NCBI GenBank assembly: GCA_016218825.1
Contig: JACRCV010000056.1
Coordinates: forward strand, 160,416-224,415
Source of the DNA: Deltaproteobacteria bacterium
GTDB taxonomy: Bacteria > Myxococcota > XYA12-FULL-58-9
Length of the DNA: 64,000 nucleotides
Direction of reading: 5' to 3'
Shown here piece by piece: positions 56,620 through 64,000 of this stretch (its first letter is position 1; every line of letters begins with the position of its first letter). The translations under genes and the position numbers were made by a program. The notes below the pieces were generated by a model. It saw nothing but the letters and a program-made list of their open reading frames with translations, searched no databases and was not told the origin of the DNA.

Positions 56620-58611
56620 ATGGCCCATGTCCGATACCAACTGAGTGCCCTCCTGATTTTGCTGAATCTCTACGCCTGCGTCCTGGTGACGCCCGACCAG
56701 GTGCAGCCCGGGCCAACCCCGGACGCGCCGACCGTCATCATCTTGAAGAGCAGCGACAACAGCCTGTTCGACGGACCGGTCAAGGAGTTCCTCGGCGCGA
56801 CCGCGGCGCAGGTGGTCGTGTTCACCGTGGCGGCGGCGCCGAAGGACGAGCTGGTCACCGAGATCCGGTTCCGCAAGCCGGCGTTGCTCTTCACCCTCGG
56901 CACGCCCGCGACCCTGCTCGCCAAGGAGAACTTCCCCGACGTCCCGGTCATCTTCGCGATGGTCGTCGACCACTCGCGCTTGAAGCTCGACGCCGCGAAG
57001 AACGTCGCCGGCATCTCCCTCGAACCGCCGGCCACCAGCGAGTTCACCCAGTTCAAGATGGTGTTGCCCGAGGTGAAGCGGGTGGTCGCGTTCCACACCC
57101 CGAGCTCGGCGCAGATGGCGACCACCGCGAAGGAGCAGCTCACCGGCATGGGCATCGAGCTGGTCGCGGTCGCGGTCGCGTCCCCGGCCGAGGTCGGCCG
57201 CGCCTACACCGACAACGTCAAGCCCGGCGACACGGTGTGGCAGCTCAACGATCCGGTGCTGACCACCCAGGAGACCTTTGAATACCTGAAGAACCAGACC
57301 AAGGCGTCGCGGCTGCCGTTCCTGTCGTCGCTCTCCGAAGACTTCGCCGCCGCCGGGGCGCTGATGGCGGTCTCGGTCGATCTGACCTCGCTCGGCGCCC
57401 AGGCCGCCGACATGGCGCGCCGGCTCCTCGACAAGTCGAAGGCCCCGGCCGATCTCGGGGTGCAGCCGCCGATCGGCGCCTACCTGGCGCTCAACCTCGA
57501 CGTCGCCCAGGACATCGGCCTGCACATCGACGACACCGCGCTGCAGTTCGTCAACAAGCTGCTCGCCAAGACCGCGCCGGTAGCAGTGGCCGCGGCGCCC
57601 GGAGAGAAGCCGGCGGAGATCGCCGCGGTGGCGGAGGTCAAGCCCGAGGAGAAGCCCGCCGAGGTCAAGCCCGCGGAGGTCAAGCCGGAAGAGAAGCCGG
57701 CCGAGGAGAAGCCGGCCGAGGTCAAGCCCGAGGAGAAGCCGACGAAGGGCAAGAAGAAGGGCAAGAAGGGCAAGGAGGTCGCCGCCAAGGTCGAGGAGAA
57801 GCCGGCGGAGACCAAGGTGGTCGAGGCCAAGCCGGAGCCCAAGCCGGAGCCCAAGCCGGAGCCCAAGCCGGAGCCGCGGAAGGCCCGCAAGGGCGGCGGG
57901 GTCGTGGCGTTCTACGATCCGGACGCCAACCTGCGCGAGATTCTGAAAATCACCGCGTGGTTCACCGACTTCCTGCACACCATCGATCCGGAGCTCAAGC
58001 TGCAGCCGGTGTCCAACGCCGCGGCGCTCGAGAACCTGGTGTCGAATCAGAAGGTGGAGTTCGCGGTGGTCTCGGCGAAGTACTTGAGCGGCAAGTCGAA
58101 GAAGCTCAAGCTCACGCCGCTGCTCGTGCCGTCGGCGAACGGCGACACCTTCTACCGCACCATCCTCGTGGTGGCTGACGAGAAGCGGGGCAAGAACCTC
58201 GCGGGCGCCAGCATCGGCGCCACCGTGGTCGGCGGCGACACCGCCTCGGTCCTGAAGATCCTCGGCGGCGCCGGCATCAACACCAAGGGCGCGATGATCA
58301 TCCCGGTCTCCAAGGACATCGACGCGCTGATGGCGCTGACGATGGGACAGGTGGACGCGGCGCTGGTGACGCCCTCCAGCCTCGACGTCTTGAAGACCAT
58401 CAACCCGGCGGCGGTCGCGTCGCTGAAGAAGGCCGCCGAGACTCAGCCGGTGCTGCGGGCGCCGTTCTGCGCCGTCGGCGAGAAGGGCAGCGACGTCGGT
58501 GACGTCACCCGCGCGATGCAAGCCATGGCCTCGCACGCGGCCGGGCGCCGCGCGATGAAGACCCTCGGCTTCGACAAGTGGGTGCCGTACAGCCCGGCGA
58601 TGTCGAAGTAG
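56620..58611 (+). CDS. Periplasmic double substrate-binding lipoprotein: ABC_sub_bind-like domain + KPE-repeat linker + PhnD/SsuA-like domain
   Basis: Lipobox (LLNLYACV). N-terminal domain with FTLGTP / YTDN motifs. About 100 aa of (E/K)KPAEVKPE and KPEP repeats. The second domain resembles phosphonate-type binding proteins. Confidence 0.65.
   Translation: MAHVRYQLSALLILLNLYACVLVTPDQVQPGPTPDAPTVIILKSSDNSLFDGPVKEFLGATAAQVVVFTVAAAPKDELVTEIRFRKPALLFTLGTPATLLAKENFPDVPVIFAMVVDHSRLKLDAAKNVAGISLEPPATSEFTQFKMVLPEVKRVVAFHTPSSAQMATTAKEQLTGMGIELVAVAVASPAEVGRAYTDNVKPGDTVWQLNDPVLTTQETFEYLKNQTKASRLPFLSSLSEDFAAAGALMAVSVDLTSLGAQAADMARRLLDKSKAPADLGVQPPIGAYLALNLDVAQDIGLHIDDTALQFVNKLLAKTAPVAVAAAPGEKPAEIAAVAEVKPEEKPAEVKPAEVKPEEKPAEEKPAEVKPEEKPTKGKKKGKKGKEVAAKVEEKPAETKVVEAKPEPKPEPKPEPKPEPRKARKGGGVVAFYDPDANLREILKITAWFTDFLHTIDPELKLQPVSNAAALENLVSNQKVEFAVVSAKYLSGKSKKLKLTPLLVPSANGDTFYRTILVVADEKRGKNLAGASIGATVVGGDTASVLKILGGAGINTKGAMIIPVSKDIDALMALTMGQVDAALVTPSSLDVLKTINPAAVASLKKAAETQPVLRAPFCAVGEKGSDVGDVTRAMQAMASHAAGRRAMKTLGFDKWVPYSPAMSK
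57829..57876 (+). repeat. Four tandem copies of the 12-bp unit AAGCCGGAGCCC (last copy has one substitution), encoding (KPEP)n
   Basis: Direct reading of the sequence. Sits within a longer imperfect GAGAAGCCGGCCGAGGTCAAGCCCGAG-type repeat tract (about 57600..57880). Confidence 0.8.
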
Positions 58612-58647
58612 CTCGAGGCGCGACGTGAATCCGCAGAGGAAACGGTT

Positions 58648-60342
58648 ATGAGCCTTCGCACCCAGATCCTGGTCCTGTTGGTGGTCCTGGTCGCCGCCGG
58701 CGTCGCGTTGACCGGCGGCACGTTGGTGACATGGTTCCGGACCGATCTCAACAACGAGATCGAGGCGACGGCGAGGACGCTGCGCGAGGAGTTGGTCGCC
58801 AAGGGCACCGCGGTCGCGCTCAACGCCGCGCTCGCCTCCGAGGCGGCGATCGAAGGCACCGACTTCGTCTTCCTCACCGAGATCCTGAGCTCGACGGTCA
58901 CGAACGATCCGGAGATCGCGTACGCCTTCATCGCCAACAAGACCGGCCGCATCGCGGTGCACTCGGATCCCGCGAAGGCCGGCTCGAACGCCGAGGGCGG
59001 GCTGCAGAAAGAGGCGTTGGCGAAGAACAAGACCATCAGCGGCGCGGCGCAAATCAACGGCCAGCCCGGCCTCGAGGTCGCGGCGCCGGTGAACGTCGGT
59101 GGCTTCCCCTGGGGGACCCTGCACCTCGGTATTCAGCTCAAGGCGTTGAATCAGGCGATCGAGACCGCGACCGTCGCCACCCGCGCCCGCGTGGTTCGCG
59201 GCACCACCGCGGTCGGCATCGCGGCGCTCGTGGTGCTGGTGGCGGTGCTGGTCGTCGGCGTGTTTCTCTCCAAGCGCACGACGCGGCCGCTCGGCGTCCT
59301 TCTGGCCGGCATCGCGAAGATCCGCGCCGGCAGCCTCGAGCACGTGGTGCGCCTGGGCGGCAGCCGGGAGTTCGTGGCGCTCGGCATGGCGGTCAACGAG
59401 CTCTCCAACGAGCTCCGGGTGCGCACCAAGAAGGTGCAGCAGAACGTCACCAAGCTGCACGAGGCCTTGAGCGGCCTGAAGACCGCGACCCGCCAGCGTG
59501 AGGAGTTTCTGGCCAACGTCTCCCACGAGCTACGAACGCCGTTGAACGCCATCCTCGCGGTGCCGCATCACCTGGTCGAGGATTTCCAGCAGGGGCCGGT
59601 GTTGCACTGCAAGAAGTGCGACAACTACTTCCAGACCGATCGTGCCGAGGCCTCCGGCACCCAGCTGTGCCCTGACTGCAAGGTGCCGGTCGCGACCGAG
59701 ATCCGGTTGTTGTTCGTCGGCAACGCCAACGACCACGTCCACTTCATCCAGCGGCTGAAGACCTCGACCGCGACGATGCGCACCATCGTTCGCTCGCTCG
59801 TGGACTTCTCGAGGCTCGGCGGCCAGGGGGCGCAGCTGCAGCGCAAGAAGGTCGACGTCCGCACGCTGATCGACACGGTGCGCGGCGCGATCGTCGATCT
59901 GGCGAAGCCGGCCGACATCCGCACCTACTTCCCGAAGCTCGTCCTGCCGCTGGTGCTGGACGTCGACGACACGATGTTGTCGCAGATCCTCTTGAACCTC
60001 CTCGGCAACGCGGTGAAGTTCACGCCGGCGGGCGGCGCGGTGAGCTTCGAGGTGGAGCCCAAGGTCGACCAGGGCCGCAAGGTCGTCGAGTTCCGGGTGA
60101 CCGACACCGGCGTCGGCTTGGAGAAGAACCAGCTCGAGGCGGTGTTCAAAGACTTCTATCAGGTGGACAGCGGCCACACCCGCGCCAAGGGCGGCACCGG
60201 CTTGGGGCTCTCGATCGCCAAGCGCATGGTCGAGCTGCACGGCGGACGGATCTGGGCCGACAGCGCCGGCCTGAACCAGGGGACGACGTTTGCCTTTCGT
60301 CTGCCGGCCGAGGCCGGCGGCTCGACAGCGAGTGGATCATGA
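58648..60342 (+). CDS. Membrane sensor histidine kinase (periplasmic sensor + HAMP + HisKA with zinc-ribbon insertion + HATPase)
   Basis: Two TM helices. H-box (VSHELRTPLNAIL) is followed by a 60-aa insert containing HCKKC-x20-CPDC. N/G boxes ([25 protein letters not shown]). Confidence 0.8.
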   Translation: MSLRTQILVLLVVLVAAGVALTGGTLVTWFRTDLNNEIEATARTLREELVAKGTAVALNAALASEAAIEGTDFVFLTEILSSTVTNDPEIAYAFIANKTGRIAVHSDPAKAGSNAEGGLQKEALAKNKTISGAAQINGQPGLEVAAPVNVGGFPWGTLHLGIQLKALNQAIETATVATRARVVRGTTAVGIAALVVLVAVLVVGVFLSKRTTRPLGVLLAGIAKIRAGSLEHVVRLGGSREFVALGMAVNELSNELRVRTKKVQQNVTKLHEALSGLKTATRQREEFLANVSHELRTPLNAILAVPHHLVEDFQQGPVLHCKKCDNYFQTDRAEASGTQLCPDCKVPVATEIRLLFVGNANDHVHFIQRLKTSTATMRTIVRSLVDFSRLGGQGAQLQRKKVDVRTLIDTVRGAIVDLAKPADIRTYFPKLVLPLVLDVDDTMLSQILLNLLGNAVKFTPAGGAVSFEVEPKVDQGRKVVEFRVTDTGVGLEKNQLEAVFKDFYQVDSGHTRAKGGTGLGLSIAKRMVELHGGRIWADSAGLNQGTTFAFRLPAEAGGSTASGS

Positions 60343-62045
60343 AACGGGCGCGCAGGCAGTTCCGACTCGGGTTGCGCGGGCGATTGGGCCTGACGATCTT
60401 CGTCTTGGTGGGCGCGGCGGCGAGCCTCCTCACCCAGTACTTCGTCCGCATGCACACCGTGGCGCTGCGCGAGGTCGCGACCCAGCGCTCGAAGGCGGTG
60501 CGCCAGAGCCTCGAGGATCGCGCCGAAGCGCTGGCGCGAAATGGTGCGATCAGCTCGGCGCCGGCGGCGGTGATGATGGACTTCACGCTCTTGCAGCGCG
60601 CGGTGTCGGCGACGGTGCAGGCGGACTCCGACATCGCCTACGGTCTGATCACCGACGGCCAGAACAAGATCGTGGTCCACAGCGACAAGAAGAAGGTCGG
60701 GCAGACCGCGGCGGCGGCCGACGCCAAAGGCGGCAAGGGCGACCAACCGGTGGTGCGGGAGCTGAAGGTGGACGGCAAGGGCGTCGTCGAGGTCAGCGCC
60801 CCGATCAAGGTCGGCGACGAGCGCTGGGGGACGGTGCGCTACGGGCTGTCGTTGCTGTCGGTGGACCAGCAGCTCGCGGCCACCGAGAAGCACCTGCGCG
60901 CGGTGCGCGCCAAGACCACGCGCTACAGCCTGTTCGCGACCTTGGTGGTGATGTTCATCGCGCTCGTGGTCACCACGATCACCACCAACCGGATGACGCG
61001 CACCGTGCGGGTGCTCGAGGAGGGCATGCGCGCGGTGCTCGCCGGGCGCCGCGAGACCCGGGTGAAGATCACCAAGCCGGTGGAGATCAAGCAGCTCGCC
61101 GAAGGCTTCGGGGCGATGCTCGAGACCATCGAGGAGCGGGACAAGGCGCTGCTCGCGGACGAAGTTCGGGCCGACGTCGCGGTCGAGCAGGCCAAGAGGA
61201 CCGACAAGACCAAGGAGAACCTGGTCTCGCGCTTCACCCAGGACATGCTGCAGCCCATCGATCAGATCGCCAAGCTCTCCGAGGCGATGCAGAAGGCGTT
61301 CACGGCGACCAACGCCCTGGTGTGCCCGAAGTGCCAGGAGAGCTACGAGGCGCCGCCGCCGGGACAGCCGGTCGGCAATTGTCCGACCTGCAAGGTGGCG
61401 CTCGCGCCCTCCGAGGTCGTGGTGCTCACCGACGACCCCGGTGCGCAACGCGGCCGCCTGCAGGAGGTGACCGGCGTCGCCACCAACCTCCTGGCGCTCA
61501 TCAACGGCGTCCTCGATCTGGCCAAGGTCGACGCGCAGAGCAAGCAACTGGAGGGGAGCGCCCCGGTGAAGCTCGCCGACCTCGCGGTCGGGGCCAAGAA
61601 GTACGTCGACGGCGTCTGCGACGACGCCGAGCGGGTGTTCTGGCCGATGCTCACCCAGCCGCTGAGCGTCGAGGGTGACGCCGCCCGCCTGCAGCAGGCG
61701 TTCGGGATGGTCGCCGAGCTCGTGGTGCGCCTGACGGCCCGCGGCCGCGGCACGGTGCGGGTCGAGGTCGACACCTGTGCGTTCCGCGGTGCTCCCGGCG
61801 TGCAGATCGTCTTCCGCGAGGAGGGCCCCGGGCTCACCCCGGAGGTGCTGGAGTCGATCGACGGCGGCCGGACGCCCGACATTCGCGCGACGATGGCGGT
61901 GCTCTTGGTCCGCCAGGTGACCGAGCTCCATCACGGCGAGTTCTCGCTGCAGAGCGAGGTCGGGCGGGGCATGAGCGCGCGTCTGGTGTTGCCGCAGCGG
62001 CAGCAGACGACAGGTGCCGCCCGAGCCGCGAGCGCGCCCGCGTAG
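60339..62045 (+). CDS. Paralogous sensor kinase-like protein lacking the phospho-acceptor His (probable pseudo-HK), with the same zinc-ribbon insertion
   Basis: 4-bp overlap with the upstream histidine kinase. Same layout. The H-box position reads LVSRFTQDMLQPI (no His). Insert is CPKC-x17-CPTC. Degenerate HATPase boxes. Confidence 0.7.
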   Translation: MKRARRQFRLGLRGRLGLTIFVLVGAAASLLTQYFVRMHTVALREVATQRSKAVRQSLEDRAEALARNGAISSAPAAVMMDFTLLQRAVSATVQADSDIAYGLITDGQNKIVVHSDKKKVGQTAAAADAKGGKGDQPVVRELKVDGKGVVEVSAPIKVGDERWGTVRYGLSLLSVDQQLAATEKHLRAVRAKTTRYSLFATLVVMFIALVVTTITTNRMTRTVRVLEEGMRAVLAGRRETRVKITKPVEIKQLAEGFGAMLETIEERDKALLADEVRADVAVEQAKRTDKTKENLVSRFTQDMLQPIDQIAKLSEAMQKAFTATNALVCPKCQESYEAPPPGQPVGNCPTCKVALAPSEVVVLTDDPGAQRGRLQEVTGVATNLLALINGVLDLAKVDAQSKQLEGSAPVKLADLAVGAKKYVDGVCDDAERVFWPMLTQPLSVEGDAARLQQAFGMVAELVVRLTARGRGTVRVEVDTCAFRGAPGVQIVFREEGPGLTPEVLESIDGGRTPDIRATMAVLLVRQVTELHHGEFSLQSEVGRGMSARLVLPQRQQTTGAARAASAPA

Positions 62046-62074
62046 CCTGGCGCCGCCCTAACGGCGGCCGGAGC

Positions 62075-63370
62075 TCACCCCGTCGGTCCGGAGGGCAGCT
62101 GCCCGGGTACGAGGGCGGGGATCTCGACCGTGAACATCGTGCCTTTGCCCTCGTGGCTCTCGCAGCGGATCGTGCCGCCCAGCATGTTCGTGACCACGTT
62201 GTGGATCACCGCGAGCCCGAGGCCGGTGGCGCCCCGATCGCGCTGCGAGGTCACGAACGGCTCGAAGATGCGCGGCCGGACCTCGGCGGGGACGCCGCGG
62301 CCGTAGTCCTCGATTTCGATGCGGTAGCGCTTAGTGCCGTTGTGGTCAGCGGCCGAGAGGCGGAGATCGAGGCTGCCGCCACCCTGCTCGGTGTAGGCGT
62401 GGCGGATGCTGTTCTGGATCAGCGCCTCGATGATCTGCTCGAAGGAGTCGGGGTGGCCGCGCCACGGAAAGGCCTGGGTGCCGTTGGTCTGCACCCGCAC
62501 CGCGATCTTCGCGGTCGCCAGCGCCGGCCCAAGCGCGTGGATGGAGCTCTGCACCAGCTCCACCAGGTCGCAGTCGATCGGATCCGCGACCATGTCGAAC
62601 GCCGCCAACCCCTTGAACTCCTGCACCACCTGCTCGGCCCGAGACAGGGAGCGCAACAACAGCGCGCAGGAGTCGAGGAGATCCTCGCGCACCTCCCCGG
62701 CCATCGGCTCGACGCTATCGGCGGCCACTTGTTTGATCGCGGTTCGCACCACGGCGCAGGCCGACTTGGCGACGCCGAGCGGGGTGTTGAGGGCGTGCGC
62801 GACGCCGGCGACGGTGCGTGCCAGGCTGTGGATGCGCTCGCGGTACATCGCCTCCCGCATGCTGCGCTCCTTCGCCAGGTGCGCTTGGTTCTCCTGGAGC
62901 TCGCGGTTCGAGCGCTGCAGATCGGCCAGCAGCCGGTCGTGCTCTTGGCCGAGCTCATAGCGCTCCAGCGCCTGGCGCAGGATCGAGCGCAGCTCGTCGA
63001 TCTTGAAGGGCTTGACGATATAACGGTAGACCTCGCCGCGGTTGACGGCGTCGATCAGATCCCCGAGCTCGGTGTGCGCGCTCAGCACCAGGCGCATCGT
63101 CTGCGGACTGCGCTCCTTCAGGAGGGCGAGGAACTGGATGCCGCTCATCCCGGGCATGCGTTGGTCGACCAACGCCAGATCCACCTGCCGCCCGGCTTCG
63201 ATGGCGGCGAGCGCCGCCTCGCCGCTGGCAAAGAGCGCGCAGTCGTACTCGGGTTGCAGGATCCGCGAGAGGAGCTCGAGGTTCTCGGGCTCGTCGTCGA
63301 TCACCACCACCCGGTGCCGGCCGTGGCTCTGGCTCACCGGTGTCGGGCCCTCGGGCATCCAGCGCTCCAT
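62075..63370 (-). CDS. Hybrid histidine kinase with N-terminal REC domain
   Basis: REC domain (VVVIDDEPEN ... VDQRMPGMSG ... VKPF). H-box (VAGVAHALNTPLGV). HATPase (GTGLGLAV). Start is uncertain: ATG at 63370, 63415 or 63358. Confidence 0.75.
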   Translation of the reverse strand: MERWMPEGPTPVSQSHGRHRVVVIDDEPENLELLSRILQPEYDCALFASGEAALAAIEAGRQVDLALVDQRMPGMSGIQFLALLKERSPQTMRLVLSAHTELGDLIDAVNRGEVYRYIVKPFKIDELRSILRQALERYELGQEHDRLLADLQRSNRELQENQAHLAKERSMREAMYRERIHSLARTVAGVAHALNTPLGVAKSACAVVRTAIKQVAADSVEPMAGEVREDLLDSCALLLRSLSRAEQVVQEFKGLAAFDMVADPIDCDLVELVQSSIHALGPALATAKIAVRVQTNGTQAFPWRGHPDSFEQIIEALIQNSIRHAYTEQGGGSLDLRLSAADHNGTKRYRIEIEDYGRGVPAEVRPRIFEPFVTSQRDRGATGLGLAVIHNVVTNMLGGTIRCESHEGKGTMFTVEIPALVPGQLPSGPTG

Positions 63371-63510
63371 TCTCGCGAGCTCAGTGCCGCTGTCGGCCGG
63401 GCGATCCGGCGGCATCGCGTCTCGCAGGTCGCGGACGGCCGCGACGTCAGCCGCCGGAGTAGCAGGGCTGAGGTCGGCATTGCAAGTCCCGGCGCGCGGT
63501 GCGGCACGAC

Positions 63511-64000
63511 CTACTTCTTCCTGCGAACGACGAACTGGACCTTGTCGCCGGGTCGGGCGGCGTCGCCGCGGTTGTCGATCACCAGACCGACGCGGGTGCC
63601 GCTGCCGGTCTCGGACGCGGTGGCCAGGCGGCAAGGGACGGCGCCCTCGAGCTCCTGCACCTCGCAGCCGACGACGGCGTTGGCGTCGACCGTGCCCGCC
63701 GGGACCACCGCCAAGAGCTGCGCGACGTCGGCGCCATCGACGAGCTTGGTGCCGCGCTTCACCGAGGCGCCGACCGCCTTGTGGACCTTGAGGATGCGCC
63801 CGGCCTCCTTGGCGCGCACCGTCCAGCCGCCGTCCTTGCGCTTCAGGGCGTCGAGCTCCTTCTTCGCCGCGAGGTAGAAGTCCTCGTAGTCCGGACTCTG
63901 CTTCGCCATCGCCTCGAGGGACTTCACCTTGCGCTCCGCCGCTTGACGGCGCTGTTGGCCCTTCGGATCTTCGCCGCTCAGCAACACCTCGCCTCGCTCC
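63511..64000 (-). CDS. 5'-partial gene; product resembles the beta-barrel/C-terminal part of an HlyD-type membrane-fusion (efflux adaptor) protein
   Basis: The reading frame stays open to the window edge. Assignment is weak and based on general resemblance only (..GTKLVDGADVAQLLAVVPAG...VGLVIDNRG..). Confidence 0.35.
   Translation of the reverse strand, partial: ERGEVLLSGEDPKGQQRRQAAERKVKSLEAMAKQSPDYEDFYLAAKKELDALKRKDGGWTVRAKEAGRILKVHKAVGASVKRGTKLVDGADVAQLLAVVPAGTVDANAVVGCEVQELEGAVPCRLATASETGSGTRVGLVIDNRGDAARPGDKVQFVVRRKK

Noticed and set aside
56563-59526. 987-aa minus-strand ORF opposite the substrate-binding protein and kinase genes
   Set aside because: Antisense artefact. The plus-strand products have lipobox, SBP and kinase motifs.

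Overview
This is a high-GC (~70%) 64-kb chromosomal segment with Myxococcota hallmarks: two MYXO-CTERM-like sorting tails, a myxobacterial-type LexA box, Hanks-type Ser/Thr kinases and very dense two-component signalling. I call about 50 protein-coding genes. I found no rRNA, tRNA, CRISPR array, transposase or integrase.

Left to right the window contains:
- a secreted S8 protease, a lipoprotein and an HExxH metalloprotease;
- a DNA-damage/repair island: imuA-imuB with a LexA box, then a MrfA/YprA-like DUF1998 helicase, a MrfB/YprB-like DEDDh exonuclease and a histidine phosphatase in one operon preceded by a second LexA-like box, then dtd;
- a lipase, a 742-aa tandem-repeat lipoprotein, and an N-terminally truncated kinase-like TPR membrane protein;
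- a redox/iron cluster: ferredoxin, a reverse-rubrerythrin-like protein, a fused NfnAB-like oxidoreductase, and bfd-bfr;
- a molybdenum hydroxylase (XDH/CoxL-like Mo subunit plus a fused FAD/2Fe-2S subunit) with an amidohydrolase;
- an MGL-like PLP enzyme with cysE, an FG-GAP lipoprotein, a GH13 amylase, a cN-II-like nucleotidase, and GNAT, MFS, hemolysin-III and CDF genes;
- a long signalling stretch: REC, REC plus degenerate GGDEF, PAS histidine kinase, a STAS+zinc-ribbon protein, and a Hanks kinase carrying N-terminal STAS+zinc-ribbon modules that is interrupted by an in-frame TAG;
- acyl-CoA synthetase, DASS permease, ABM protein, a SorA-like Mo enzyme with a cytochrome c/beta-propeller partner;
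- a REC-PP2C phosphatase and two tandem paralogous sensors with N-terminal REC domains, then an MFS gene;
- a double substrate-binding lipoprotein upstream of a histidine kinase / pseudo-kinase pair that each carry a Cys4 zinc-ribbon insertion in the DHp domain, and finally a REC-HK hybrid.

Most of the long ORFs in the track that lie antisense to, or out of frame with, these genes are GC-driven artefacts. Where my reading of the sequence and the ORF track differ by a base, I follow the track coordinates.
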